Positions 36,965-47,388 of a stretch of 64,000 nucleotides of DNA are shown one piece after another. Numbering within the stretch: the stretch's first letter is position 1; the number at the start of each line of letters is the position of its first letter. This stretch comes from an uncultured Bacteriovoracaceae bacterium. Lineage in GTDB: Bacteria > Bdellovibrionota > Bacteriovoracia > Bacteriovoracales > Bacteriovoracaceae. The notes beneath the pieces are model-generated. The model saw only the letters and a program-made list of their open reading frames with translations, did no database searches and had not been told where the DNA came from. Location of the stretch: positions 192,001-256,000 of the forward strand of contig CAXGUD010000001.1 of the NCBI GenBank assembly GCA_964012805.1. The letters run 5' to 3'. The position numbers were made by a program, and so were the translations under genes.

Positions 36965-38644
36965 TTGAGTCAGCAATTGCTTCCAAGGAGCCCCTTTTTG
37001 AAATTTTCAGACCTCCCCCTCGACAAAAATATTATAAAAGCTTTAGACGAAAAGAACTTTTCTGAACTCTTTGAAATCCAGGAAAAATCAATTCCTGTGC
37101 TCTTGGAAAATGAAACTGACTTCGTTGGACAGGCCCAGACTGGTACTGGAAAAACAGCAGCTTTTGGCCTTCCCCTCTTATCTAAAATCGGCGAAAGCTT
37201 CAACCATATTCAAGGGCTTATCTTAGCACCGACTAGGGAGTTAGCAACACAAATCCAAGATGAACTGAAGGAATTTTCTAAATACACAAAAATTAGAACT
37301 TCAGTTGTCTACGGTGGAACTCCTATTAGAGACCAAATAAAAGACTTAAAAAGAAAAAAGCCTCAAATACTGGTTGGAACACCTGGAAGGGTCCTAGACC
37401 TCATTGACAGAGGCTTTATTAACCTTGGAAAAACACAATACGCGGTTTGTGACGAATGTGATGAAATGCTTAACAGAGGTTTCATTGAAGATGTTCAGGA
37501 AATTTTGGACCTCTTATCCGGAAATAGAAATATTTGGATGTTTTCTGCAACAATGCCAAAACCAGTCCTTAAAGTTGTTCAAGAGTTTTTGAATACACCT
37601 CACATGGTTTCCGTTCAAAGAAAATCTGTAAGTTCACAAAATATTGATCAAGGGTACTATTTAGTTCCTAGAAATAATAAAGTGAAGGCCATTTGTAGCC
37701 TATTTGACTCCATGGAAGATTTTTATGGAATGATTTTCTGCAGAACAAAAATTGAAGCAAAAATAGTTTCAGAAGAGCTGACTGCTTGGGGCATTCCTTG
37801 TAGTTCTCTCCACGGTGATATGGCCCAAGACCAGAGAACTCATACCATGAAAAGGTTTAAAAAGAAGGATATCATTCTTTTAGTCTGCACTGATGTTGCG
37901 GCAAGAGGAATTGACGTTAACGACCTTACCCATGTTATCAACTTTGGTCTCCCTCAAGACTTTGAATCCTACGTTCATAGAATTGGAAGAACCGGGCGGG
38001 CTGGAAATACAGGAACAGCTTTGACCTTTATTTCCCCCGATGAAAAAGGGCGCCTCTCAAGATTAGAAAAGTTTATTAAAGCACCCATTAAGAGAAAGAG
38101 GTTGCCTAAAGTTAGCGACATTAAAAAAGTTCTTTTAAGAAGAGAATTAATGAAGTTATATGAAAAGAACCAAACGGGGAAAAGCTTCAAAGACAATGAG
38201 CTTTATGACTTTTTTAAAGAGGAAACTCAAAACGAAAAAATGGAAACACTTGTCCAGAAAATGTTTGACTATATTTCTAATAATATTTTTTCAAATTATA
38301 ATAGTGAAGAAACCCTAGACCTTGCTGACCACAAAGTCTCCATGAGAGGGCCTCAAACACGCGGCCAAAGCGAGAGACGACCCATTAATACCAGTGAGGA
38401 CCATGTTAGGTTTTTCGTGAACTTAGGTAAGAATGATGGGGTTAATATACAATCTTTTCTAGAGAATATTGCCGGCAGTGCCTCCGTTAAAAGAAAAGAG
38501 CTTAAAAATGTCGTCCTAAAGGATGATTTTTCTTTCCTTGAAGTTCATAAGAGTCATAAAAATAGATTCCTAAAAGGAAAAAAACTCTTTTTTAAAAAGA
38601 AGGCCTTAAGGTTTGAAGTGGCCAGAACTCCTGGCAAAAGATAA
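36965..38644 (+). CDS. deaD: DEAD-box RNA helicase, DeaD/CsdA-like with DbpA-type RNA-binding domain
   Basis: AQTGTGKT, PTRELA, TPGR, DECD (variant), SAT, ARGID, HRIGRTGRAG; C-terminal RFFVNLGKNDG. Confidence 0.85.
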   Translation: MSQQLLPRSPFLKFSDLPLDKNIIKALDEKNFSELFEIQEKSIPVLLENETDFVGQAQTGTGKTAAFGLPLLSKIGESFNHIQGLILAPTRELATQIQDELKEFSKYTKIRTSVVYGGTPIRDQIKDLKRKKPQILVGTPGRVLDLIDRGFINLGKTQYAVCDECDEMLNRGFIEDVQEILDLLSGNRNIWMFSATMPKPVLKVVQEFLNTPHMVSVQRKSVSSQNIDQGYYLVPRNNKVKAICSLFDSMEDFYGMIFCRTKIEAKIVSEELTAWGIPCSSLHGDMAQDQRTHTMKRFKKKDIILLVCTDVAARGIDVNDLTHVINFGLPQDFESYVHRIGRTGRAGNTGTALTFISPDEKGRLSRLEKFIKAPIKRKRLPKVSDIKKVLLRRELMKLYEKNQTGKSFKDNELYDFFKEETQNEKMETLVQKMFDYISNNIFSNYNSEETLDLADHKVSMRGPQTRGQSERRPINTSEDHVRFFVNLGKNDGVNIQSFLENIAGSASVKRKELKNVVLKDDFSFLEVHKSHKNRFLKGKKLFFKKKALRFEVARTPGKR

Positions 38645-38645
38645 T

Positions 38646-39323
38646 TCAAAATCTATAAAGTAAGTTTGTAAAGAGAGTTGTTTCTTCGTTAAAGAAGTAA
38701 CGACTCTCTAAAAGACGGTTTGAAATAAAAGTAAAGTGTTTCTTTAATAACTTCTGATAGAAAACACGGGACCTTCTTCTCGCATAATAATCCTTAAACT
38801 CATGATCCCTTATTTGAAAATCCAACTCTGTATCAGTCGGCACAGTTAAGTAGAGGAACTTCACTCGCATAGAAAGCAAGGGGATGGCCTGCTCTAATTC
38901 CTTTGTCGTTAAATATTGCAAAACAGAGTTGCATAAACCCAAATCATAGCGCCCTTTAGTTTTCTCCAACCATTCCATCATCCCCATGTTTTTTAAAGTT
39001 AAGTTTTTTATTCCGTACTTTTTTTTCCACGTTGCCATAGTTTCAAAAGCATAGGGAGATGGCTCAACACCACAAACCTTCTTCAAAGCAAGCTTTTTTC
39101 TCCCTTCCTTTATCATAGACCCCAATCCAAAACCTAGATCAACCATAGAGCGGATTTCAATCATTTCTAAGTTAAAAAGAGAGGTTAAATAAGCAAAGTG
39201 TTCTTTTACGTTCCCAATACAGTCCATACTTTCTGGGTCACTATAATTACTGGCCCAATAATCCTTAGGAAAGCCATCTTCTCCAGAAGCTGTTTCACCT
39301 TCCCTTGTTCCTACTTTACTCAT
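38646..39323 (-). CDS. Class I SAM-dependent methyltransferase
   Basis: VDLGFGLG, GVEPS, CNSVLQYL; start moved to ATG 39323. Confidence 0.75.
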   Translation of the reverse strand: MSKVGTREGETASGEDGFPKDYWASNYSDPESMDCIGNVKEHFAYLTSLFNLEMIEIRSMVDLGFGLGSMIKEGRKKLALKKVCGVEPSPYAFETMATWKKKYGIKNLTLKNMGMMEWLEKTKGRYDLGLCNSVLQYLTTKELEQAIPLLSMRVKFLYLTVPTDTELDFQIRDHEFKDYYARRRSRVFYQKLLKKHFTFISNRLLESRYFFNEETTLFTNLLYRF

Positions 39324-39402
39324 AAAAGACCCTTCATGAAAAAATAAGCAGATTTGCTTTTTTGTTTTTACTTTTTCTAGATAGCTTGTTATTGCACCGT
39401 AT

Positions 39403-40014
39403 ATGAAATATAAACTTAGAACCCCATCTATAATAAGGCTTTTGGCCATTTTTTCAATCCTTCTCTTCTCTTTTCTTCTAACTGAAGGGCTAAAGTCCGA
39501 GCTTTCTGAGATTTCTGAGCATCCTAAGAATGCTTCGCTTTCCTTTCAAAAAGAGTCCTGTGAAGTTGAACAAATCGGTCATGAAATCATCGTTTATTGC
39601 AAACTAAAAGTGCTTTTTAGGGAATCTTCAAATGGGCCTCTAGAAGAAGAGCTCTACTTAAAAGAAGGTGAAATTGAGGGAAGCGCCACTGGAGATTTTG
39701 TTGCGCAAACCATTAGCCCTTTAAGTAACAAGCCTAACCTTTACCACAATCCCTTTCCTCTACCCCTTAAATTAAAAAATTTAACTGACCAGGTTATGAC
39801 AATGATCAACTTACAAAGGCCTCACCAAAGTGGCAGACTAAAATGGGCCATACCAACTACAATACAAGATGAACTTGGGGAGGTTGTTGAGGAAGTTTCA
39901 GTCATTCAAGAATTTATTTTGGAAGAAAGCATTTTGACCTTAAAAAAGGGAGGGCTTAAACTTATCGAAGTCGACCTAAATAATGTTTCACATCCTATAA
40001 ATAACCTTCCCTAA
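39403..40014 (+). CDS. Hypothetical exported protein
   Basis: 203 aa; N-terminal hydrophobic helix. Confidence 0.55.
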   Translation: MKYKLRTPSIIRLLAIFSILLFSFLLTEGLKSELSEISEHPKNASLSFQKESCEVEQIGHEIIVYCKLKVLFRESSNGPLEEELYLKEGEIEGSATGDFVAQTISPLSNKPNLYHNPFPLPLKLKNLTDQVMTMINLQRPHQSGRLKWAIPTTIQDELGEVVEEVSVIQEFILEESILTLKKGGLKLIEVDLNNVSHPINNLP

Positions 40015-40590
40015 AAAAAATAAAAGAGAAGAAAAAAGAAATAAGTTACAAATACCTGTGACTTTAACTATAAACTGAAACTTTGCATTATCAGCAGGAG
40101 CGTACCAGACGCCTTCATCACCCTTTGTTTTAGTTCCAACAATTTTATAAAACCCATGAGCATAATAGGTTTCTAAAATGACAGAGCCGATTAAAGTTAG
40201 ATGAAAAATACCATAAGGCCAATTAAAATTAGTTTTAAGACCACTGAACCAATAAATACTAAGTCCAAAAAATAGAATAACACAACTTAAGTCATGAATA
40301 ATTCCAATAGGAGGAACCCAGTTTTTCGTTACAAATAACATAAATATTTCAACAATGCCTCTTACCCACATCCATAAAGAAAAAATAATCCATATGCTTG
40401 TATAAGGGCTTAGCTCAAAATTAAAATAGCAATAAGGTAAAAGAAAAAACCAAACGTAGATCGTAAAAAAGAGCCAAAAAGCCTTGGCCTTTGAAATCGC
40501 CCCTCCCATTTTAGCACGGTTATTTTGCCTCCAAAAAAAATAAAAGGAGAGAAGGACAGACAAAAGAGAGCAAATTGTAAAAATCACCAT
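39988..40590 (-). CDS. Hypothetical integral membrane protein
   Basis: About 6 hydrophobic segments. Confidence 0.65.
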   Translation of the reverse strand: MVIFTICSLLSVLLSFYFFWRQNNRAKMGGAISKAKAFWLFFTIYVWFFLLPYCYFNFELSPYTSIWIIFSLWMWVRGIVEIFMLFVTKNWVPPIGIIHDLSCVILFFGLSIYWFSGLKTNFNWPYGIFHLTLIGSVILETYYAHGFYKIVGTKTKGDEGVWYAPADNAKFQFIVKVTGICNLFLFSSLLFFLGKVIYRM

Positions 40591-41375
40591 CGACCCTTTT
40601 CCAAATACTTTGATTTAATTTTCTGATAATGGTCTGAAGTCCTTATTTTTCCAAGAGTGCTCCATATTTTTTGAGATAGTCCACGGTTACCTCGATGAAA
40701 CTGATGAGATATCAAAAGATAATAATTTTTCTTTTTTAAAGGAACACTACTTTTCCTCAAGTTCTCAAAACCACTCTTTTTAAGCCACGTATCGCCTTCA
40801 CTGTCATGTAATGCCACAGACTTCACATAACTCTTTTTTAACATAGAAAGTAACTGTTCTATCCCTTTCATTTCTTTTACTTTTATATTCGATTCTCTTA
40901 GATCTTTTACAATTGAGTAACCTTCCTTTGCTCCCACTATACCTCTTATACTCTTCAAAGTTTTATTATCCCAAACAGTGCCTTTATTTTTCAATGAGTA
41001 TAGATAATAGGCCCCTTCACCAATTCTTTGTTGAGCTAAGATTTTATTCTTATTCGTCGGATAAACTCCAAATTCTTTTCTAGATTTTTTATAACTAACC
41101 GACGCCATAATATCGACCCTTCCACTTTTTAATGTCAAAAGACAACGCTTAAAGGGCCTCCTTTTAAATTTAAACTTCACTTTCATTTTTTCTTCTAGTA
41201 GTTTAAACATCTCAAAATAAAGACCTGGTAGTTCTCTCCCCTCTTTTCCTTTTTCTACATAAATTGGAAAGGCTCCTTTTGGTTCCATGCAAACCTTTAA
41301 AACTCTTGCAAAGGAGGTGTTTAGAAAAAAAGTTGATATTGTTAAAATAAAAAACCTGCGTCCATTGAATAACAT
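40584..41375 (-). CDS. Periplasmic substrate-binding protein (SBP_bac_3-like)
   Basis: PFKRCLLTLKSGRVD, GYSIV, YYLLIS; signal peptide; start 41375. Confidence 0.78.
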   Translation of the reverse strand: MLFNGRRFFILTISTFFLNTSFARVLKVCMEPKGAFPIYVEKGKEGRELPGLYFEMFKLLEEKMKVKFKFKRRPFKRCLLTLKSGRVDIMASVSYKKSRKEFGVYPTNKNKILAQQRIGEGAYYLYSLKNKGTVWDNKTLKSIRGIVGAKEGYSIVKDLRESNIKVKEMKGIEQLLSMLKKSYVKSVALHDSEGDTWLKKSGFENLRKSSVPLKKKNYYLLISHQFHRGNRGLSQKIWSTLGKIRTSDHYQKIKSKYLEKGRW

Positions 41376-41405
41376 TTCGCCCCCTCTAACATAAATATAA
41401 AACAT

Positions 41406-42089
41406 TTAATTTTTTAAATAAGATAGAAATCTTTTTTCTAGCAAACGAAAAGCCCAAACAATAATAAATGTTAAAATTAAATATAATACTGCAGCAGTTA
41501 TAAAAGCTTCTGCAGGACTGAAGTAACGAGCATAAATAATTCTAGCGGCTCCCGTTATATCTACCAATGTAATAAGTCCTGCAATAGAACTCCCGTGCAA
41601 CATAAAAATGACCTCATTGCCATATGCTGGGATTGAGTTTCTTAGCGCAATTGGAAAAATAATTCGTTTGAGCATAACCCATTGGCTCATACCACAAGAC
41701 TTGGCTGCTTCGATTTGACCAGCAGGTAACCTCTCAATAGCACCTCGAAAAATTTCTGTCGTATAGGCAGCAGTATTTAGAGAAAATGACAAAAGGGCAA
41801 CCTTGTAAGGCTCCTTAAAAAAGCCCCATAAAAATGTATCTCGAATAAATGAAAATTGAGAGAGCCCGTAATAAAATAAAAACATTTGAACAAGTAAAGG
41901 TGTTCCTCTAAAAAAATAAGTAAACCAGTACACCGGTAAATTTATAACTTTATTTTTAGAAACTCTCATTACAGAGAGAGGAAGAGCGAGAGAAAAACCA
42001 ACAAGTAGAGAAAGTGGAACTAATTGAAGAGTTAGAATAACTCCCTCTAGATACAGTTTCCAATTATCAAAGATGATTGAAAAGTTCAA
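41406..42089 (-). CDS. hisM: Polar amino-acid ABC permease (HisM/ArtM-like)
   Basis: FRGTPLLVQ, AYTTEIFRGA, EAA motif, NEVIFMLHGS. Confidence 0.85.
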   Translation of the reverse strand: MNFSIIFDNWKLYLEGVILTLQLVPLSLLVGFSLALPLSVMRVSKNKVINLPVYWFTYFFRGTPLLVQMFLFYYGLSQFSFIRDTFLWGFFKEPYKVALLSFSLNTAAYTTEIFRGAIERLPAGQIEAAKSCGMSQWVMLKRIIFPIALRNSIPAYGNEVIFMLHGSSIAGLITLVDITGAARIIYARYFSPAEAFITAAVLYLILTFIIVWAFRLLEKRFLSYLKN

Positions 42090-42784
42090 GCATCACTCTC
42101 CTGAAAGCCAATATTATAGCGCTTTTCTAAGGCCCTTTGAATCCGATTTGAAACACTTGTAATTAATAAATAAATCAAAGCACACGCAATCCAAAAATTA
42201 AAAGGCTTATGAGTGGATCCACCTGCCAAATCGGCTTTTCTAACAACGTCTTCCAGGCCTATAACAGATACCAAAGCCGTCGCTTTCACTAAAACAAGCC
42301 AATTATTTCCAAAACTTGGTAAGGCATGCCTTGTCATTTGAGGGAATAGGATTCTTGTAAAAAGCTTCCAGTTATTCATTCCACAAGACCTCGCTGCCTC
42401 AATTTGCCCCACAGGAATAGCTAAATAGGCACCACGAAAGGTTTCTCCCATATAGGCGCCAAAAATGAGGCCAATTGTCATAGACCCTGAAAAGAAAGGG
42501 TTAATATCTATATAAACATCAAAGCCTAAAGACTGAACCATCTTATTTATTAAAACCTGTCCGCCAAAAAAGATTAAAAGCATCATAACAAGTTCAGGTA
42601 TTCCCCTGATTATGGTCGTATACAAAAGCCCGATGATTTCTAAAAAGCGTATTTTCGACAGCCTCATAAATGCTGTTATTAATCCTAAAACTGAAGCTAC
42701 AAAGAGCGAAACAATGGAGAGAATTATGGTTATCAAGGCCCCCTCGAGAAGAGAAGGGCCATAACCATAAAGGAAATCAAACAT
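42086..42784 (-). CDS. hisQ: Polar amino-acid ABC permease (HisQ/ArtQ-like)
   Basis: RGIPELV, ETFRGA, GQIEAA, GNNWLVLVKATALVS. Confidence 0.85.
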   Translation of the reverse strand: MFDFLYGYGPSLLEGALITIILSIVSLFVASVLGLITAFMRLSKIRFLEIIGLLYTTIIRGIPELVMMLLIFFGGQVLINKMVQSLGFDVYIDINPFFSGSMTIGLIFGAYMGETFRGAYLAIPVGQIEAARSCGMNNWKLFTRILFPQMTRHALPSFGNNWLVLVKATALVSVIGLEDVVRKADLAGGSTHKPFNFWIACALIYLLITSVSNRIQRALEKRYNIGFQESDA

Positions 42785-42789
42785 AATGT

Positions 42790-43584
42790 TTATTTTCCAT
42801 ATATATCAAAGTCAAAATACTTCTTTCTGATCGTATCGTAAGTTCCGTTACTCCTTATTGCATCAATGGCCTTATTAAATTTTTCAACTAAAGCAGTATC
42901 CTCTTTCCTGATCGCAATTCCTATACCTTTCCCAAGGTATTTTTGATCCGTTAAATCTGGACCAACAAACTCGTAAGCATCTCCACCTGCTTTTTTCAAA
43001 AAGCCATCAGAAAGGGCCAAACTATCTGCCATAAGAAGGTCTATTCTTCCAGCTTTCATATCCAGATAAGCTTCATCTTGCTTACCGTACCTTTTGATTG
43101 TTACATCATTCCCATAAACGGCGGTTAAATACTTGTCGTGAATTGTTCCTCTTTGGATTCCAACAGTTTTCCCCTTTAGACTGGCCTTATTAATTTCAAT
43201 TCCAGAACCTTTTTTTCTTACAAACTTAGCAGGAGTTGCATAATACTTCTTAGTAAAGGAAACTTTTTTTTCTCTTTCTGCAGTAATACTCATAGAAGCA
43301 ACAATAGCGTCATACTTTTTCGCCAGGAGTGCAGGGATAATTCCATCCCAATCCTGCTTAACCAATTCACACTCTGACCCCATTTCCTTACAAAGTGCAT
43401 AGGAAATATCAATATCAAAACCCTTCATGTTGCCATCTTTATCAACCTCGCTAAAAGGAGGATAAGCACCTTCTACCCCAATTCTTAATTTTTCTGCTGA
43501 CTTTTTTGAACCAGCAAAAGAGGTCGATACAAGTCCTGAAAAAACCACGAGCGATAACAATAGAGAGATAAGGTTCTTTTTCAT
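42790..43584 (-). CDS. Lys/Arg/Orn/His-binding periplasmic protein (ArgT/HisJ-like)
   Basis: EGAYPPF, GFDIDI, WDGIIPALLAKKYDAI, SMSITAER, KKYFDFDIYG. Confidence 0.9.
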   Translation of the reverse strand: MKKNLISLLLSLVVFSGLVSTSFAGSKKSAEKLRIGVEGAYPPFSEVDKDGNMKGFDIDISYALCKEMGSECELVKQDWDGIIPALLAKKYDAIVASMSITAEREKKVSFTKKYYATPAKFVRKKGSGIEINKASLKGKTVGIQRGTIHDKYLTAVYGNDVTIKRYGKQDEAYLDMKAGRIDLLMADSLALSDGFLKKAGGDAYEFVGPDLTDQKYLGKGIGIAIRKEDTALVEKFNKAIDAIRSNGTYDTIRKKYFDFDIYGK

Positions 43585-43634
43585 TTTTACTCCTATAAAA
43601 GTTATTAATATAAAGGGAAGCTCCCAAAAATAAT

Positions 43635-44411
43635 TTACATAATCGTGGATAAAAAGTTTTTCAAAATTTCACTTCTTGGATCCTTTAAGACATCATTAGG
43701 TTTCCCCTGCTCTTCAATAACCCCTTGGTGAAAAAAGGCAACACTGCTTGAAGCCTCTCTGGCAAAACCAATTTCATGGGTCACAACAAGCATCGTCCTT
43801 CCTTCTTCAGCTAAGTTCCTCATTACTTTCAACACTTCTCCAACTAACTCAGGATCTAAAGCGGAAGTTGGTTCATCAAATAAAATAACATCAGGGTCCA
43901 TGGCCAAGGCCCTGGCAATGGCAACTCTCTGTTGCTGTCCTCCACTAAGCTGAGAAGGGAAGAAATCTTTCCTCTCAAAAACCCCTACTTTTTCAAGAAG
44001 GGAACAAGACTTTTCATGGGCCTCTTTTTTTGATCTATTTAGTACTTGAACCTGGGCTTCCATAACGTTATCTAAAGCAGTCATATGAGACCAAAGGTTA
44101 AAGTTTTGAAATACCATCCCCATATGCGATCTAAATTTTTCCAATTGTTTTTTGTTTTGGGGAACAAGCTCACCATTTCTTTTTAGTTCTGTTTGTAAAA
44201 GCTCTCCGTTAAGTTGTATTTCACCCTTATTTGGCGATTCCAAAAAGTTAAGACACCGTAAAAAAGTACTCTTTCCGGATCCCGATGAACCAATAATCGA
44301 GACAACCTCTCCTTGCTTCGCCTCTAGAGAGATATTTTTCAAAACTTCTAAGCTTCCGAAACTTTTTGAAAGAGAGTTGACAGCCAAAACCGGGGTATCT
44401 TTATCGGACAA
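43635..44411 (-). CDS. hisP: Polar amino-acid ABC ATP-binding protein (HisP-like)
   Basis: GSSGSGKST, FQNFNLWSHMT, LSGGQQQR, FDEPTSALDPE, VTHE. Confidence 0.9.
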   Translation of the reverse strand: MSDKDTPVLAVNSLSKSFGSLEVLKNISLEAKQGEVVSIIGSSGSGKSTFLRCLNFLESPNKGEIQLNGELLQTELKRNGELVPQNKKQLEKFRSHMGMVFQNFNLWSHMTALDNVMEAQVQVLNRSKKEAHEKSCSLLEKVGVFERKDFFPSQLSGGQQQRVAIARALAMDPDVILFDEPTSALDPELVGEVLKVMRNLAEEGRTMLVVTHEIGFAREASSSVAFFHQGVIEEQGKPNDVLKDPRSEILKNFLSTIM

Positions 44412-44660
44412 TTAATTGATCCTGATTATAAAATTATAAAATAAATCTTATTTACTCATTTTAAATGTAATGTATTAAATGAAAAGTGGGAAGGCTTTTA
44501 AAACTTGCTAAACAATTCTTTATTAAACCGGCCATAAAAATTTTATTCTAACTATAAAAATTATTTCTTACTCAAAAGCTTCTTTTTTTTGAGCTTTTCA
44601 ATCAACTTTTTTTTATCAAAGTCTGGCTACCTCTATAATATTCACATGGAGGAAATCATA

Positions 44661-45356
44661 ATGGATGAAAAGCTTCTTGCCTCTATGATTGATCACACTT
44701 TACTTTCCTCAACCGCTTCAGAGGATGATATCAGGTCTCTTTGTAAAGAAGCTATTGAATTAGGTTTTAAAAGTGTCTGCATTAACCCAAGTAATATAAA
44801 ATTTGCGAAATCTATTCTTAGCTCTACAAAAATAGATATATGTACTGTTATTGGCTTTCCACTAGGAGCAACAACAACAAAAATGAAAGCTTTTGAAGCC
44901 AAAGATGCTATCGATTGTGGGGCCACAGAAATAGATATGGTTATTAACATCGGTAAACTAAAATCCAAAGATTATGATTATGTTCTCAATGACATAAAGG
45001 AGGTAGTTCAGGCTTCATCTCCCCATATTGTAAAAGTAATAATTGAAACATCCTTACTAAGCCAAGACGAAAAAGTCATTGCCTGCTCTTTATCAAAAAT
45101 AGCCAAGGCCCATTTTGTAAAAACCTCAACGGGCTTTTCGGGAGGTGGAGCTAACATAAAAGATGTCGAGCTTATGAAAAGAGTTGTTGGTGAAGAAATC
45201 GAAGTGAAGGCTTCTGGAGGTATAAAAACAAAGGAAGATGCCATCAAAATGATTCAAGCTGGTGCTACCCGATTGGGAACGTCTAAAGGACCGCTCCTTC
45301 TTGGTAAAGAAAGTGCCAACAAAAATAATCAAAATCAATCTAAGTCAACTTATTAA
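44661..45356 (+). CDS. deoC: Deoxyribose-phosphate aldolase
   Basis: IDHTLL, VIGFPLG, EIDMV, KVIIET, FVKTSTGF, KASGGI, RLGTS; start 44661 after GGAGG. Confidence 0.95.
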   Translation: MDEKLLASMIDHTLLSSTASEDDIRSLCKEAIELGFKSVCINPSNIKFAKSILSSTKIDICTVIGFPLGATTTKMKAFEAKDAIDCGATEIDMVINIGKLKSKDYDYVLNDIKEVVQASSPHIVKVIIETSLLSQDEKVIACSLSKIAKAHFVKTSTGFSGGGANIKDVELMKRVVGEEIEVKASGGIKTKEDAIKMIQAGATRLGTSKGPLLLGKESANKNNQNQSKSTY

Positions 45357-45527
45357 GTTGAACATGTTTTTATAACTTAAGATTAATTATTTAAAACCTT
45401 AAAATTATTAGCTATTTAATTCTATGGGTGATTTATATGGAAAAAATATTTGTTTCTCAAAATTACCGATATTATAAATTTGTCTGGTGAAAATTGGGTT
45501 TAGCTATTTTAATGGTGGTGGAGAATA

Positions 45528-46133
45528 ATGAGTAATCTGGCCGTACTTGATGATTTGGAAAACAATAACGCCAAAGACTTCCTAAAAAATCTTTTTAGAG
45601 ATCTTAGCCTCAAAAGGTTAAAAAAACATTCTTTTATAGACTTTATTACACAAAACGATGTTCAAAGAATAATTGAAAATAATCAAGAATGCCAGTGGGT
45701 GTCTGTGATTTTTGTAAAAGGAGAAAATGTTCAATTTATTTTTAAGGCTCAATTTGTTACTGAAGATGCAAAACATTTTGCTGCCAAAGCTTATGGAAAA
45801 CCAAATGAAAGTAAGGATATCAATAAACACCAAGCCGATGAATTTATAAAAGAGTTCTGTAACCTAATGGGTGGTGGGATTAAAGAGCAATTAGAAAAAA
45901 ATGGGGTTAAAACTATAATGAGCCTTCCCCTCCTTACTAGAGGTCAAGATGATGTTTTCTTCTCTCCAAATAGCTCTGAGACCTATGAAGATCTCTTTTT
46001 AGATAAGTGGGAGTTACAACTTGAAGGAAAAAGCCTTATTTGTGAAGCTTTTGCCGAGATTTACGATAAAGAAACTCTACCCATAATATGCAATGAAGTT
46101 GAATTTGCTGAGGATGAAGTGGAATTCTTTTAG
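45528..46133 (+). CDS. CheX-like domain protein
   Basis: EFIKEFCNLMGGGIK (ExxN), MSLP. Confidence 0.65.
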   Translation: MSNLAVLDDLENNNAKDFLKNLFRDLSLKRLKKHSFIDFITQNDVQRIIENNQECQWVSVIFVKGENVQFIFKAQFVTEDAKHFAAKAYGKPNESKDINKHQADEFIKEFCNLMGGGIKEQLEKNGVKTIMSLPLLTRGQDDVFFSPNSSETYEDLFLDKWELQLEGKSLICEAFAEIYDKETLPIICNEVEFAEDEVEFF

Positions 46134-46152
46134 GACATCCTATATTTTTTTA

Positions 46153-46344
46153 TTATTCACATGCCCTCTCTGCTTGAAAACCTACCACCATATTGTCCTC
46201 TACACTATAAGATATTTCGATAGGTCTACAGCAAACTTCACAATCTTCAATGTATTTTTGTCCTCCATAATAAACCTCTATAACCATAGATATCCTTGAG
46301 AAACAAAAAGGACATTGAAAAAAATATTCTGTCTCACCTTCCAT
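46153..46344 (-). CDS. CPXCG-motif cysteine-rich zinc-ribbon protein
   Basis: CPFC...YIEDCEVCCRPI. Confidence 0.88.
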   Translation of the reverse strand: MEGETEYFFQCPFCFSRISMVIEVYYGGQKYIEDCEVCCRPIEISYSVEDNMVVGFQAERACE

Positions 46345-46386
46345 TGAGTACCTTCTTCTTATTAGTTTTAAAAATTAAAAATCAAC

Positions 46387-47388
46387 TTATAGATCGTGAA
46401 ATAACTTCCAAGTCATAAACTTTGGTATCTCTCCATGACCATTCTCATTTAAAATATAAGGAGAAAACCGGGAGTATTTTTTTAACATATTTTTCATTTT
46501 TTTTGGAGCTAAAGGACATGTTTTAAGTTCTCCATTTTTATGCTTAACTCCCCTAACCCTTTCCATAACTGACTTTGCCATACTACCTTTTCTAAAGCGG
46601 CTACAATTTATTGCTTCGTCAAAAGAATCATCAACGTATTGGCTCCAATCAACTTCCTTATTTACAACCCATTTTCCTCTTCTACACTTCACATAAGGCC
46701 CCAAGCTCTGTTTTAAAATATCATTTCGTTTTGCCAAGATATGGTTCCAAAACCTCATCCCATTAAAGTTTGCGGCCAAGTCTCCGTAGGACATGACGCC
46801 TGTTTTGTAGGCACCCAAATTAAAGTACTCCATAAAAAGACCAAATTTTAAAGCTTTTTTAACCTCTTTTTTACCAAGGTAATGTAGGTTAAAATAATAA
46901 TATCCATATCCAAAAAAGTGCTCAAATTTATCAACCCCTAACCTTATCCCGTTAACTTTAATAACCTCACCAAAAACTGAAGGAATTACCAAATTAATTC
47001 CTCTTATAGCAGGAGAATCCATAAGGTTCCAATCTCTATAAACTGAATCTCTTACATCCGTTTTTAATTTAAAAATCCCTTTCTCTTTTCCAAGGGCCAG
47101 AAGAAAAGGAGCATCCTTCAATAAAACATTAAAGTCTTTTTTCAGGCCGCTATATAGAAAATCTTCTTTGCATTTATGGTTTTTCTTATTAATTTTTTTG
47201 ATTCTATTTTTAATAAATCGATTTGTAATTTCATTTAATTTCGAAGTACTATCCTTTAAAAATTCAGTTCTTCTTGTGAAGTTATCAACTTCTCTTGAAG
47301 ATAGATCTTCGCTTATTATTAACAACCAAAAAATCATTATTAGAGGGAAACTGAATATTAAGAACCTCATTCGACTTGAAAAGACCAA
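46387..47388 (-). CDS. Secreted hypothetical protein
   Basis: Signal peptide; EVDNFT, GVDKFEHFF, SYGDLAANFNGMRFW, DEAINCS. Confidence 0.7.
   Translation of the reverse strand: MVFSSRMRFLIFSFPLIMIFWLLIISEDLSSREVDNFTRRTEFLKDSTSKLNEITNRFIKNRIKKINKKNHKCKEDFLYSGLKKDFNVLLKDAPFLLALGKEKGIFKLKTDVRDSVYRDWNLMDSPAIRGINLVIPSVFGEVIKVNGIRLGVDKFEHFFGYGYYYFNLHYLGKKEVKKALKFGLFMEYFNLGAYKTGVMSYGDLAANFNGMRFWNHILAKRNDILKQSLGPYVKCRRGKWVVNKEVDWSQYVDDSFDEAINCSRFRKGSMAKSVMERVRGVKHKNGELKTCPLAPKKMKNMLKKYSRFSPYILNENGHGEIPKFMTWKLFHDL

Noticed and set aside
44412..44660. Possible ArgR boxes upstream of the amino-acid ABC operon
   Set aside because: Only AT-rich partial matches; no convincing tandem TGAAT-N4-ATTCA.
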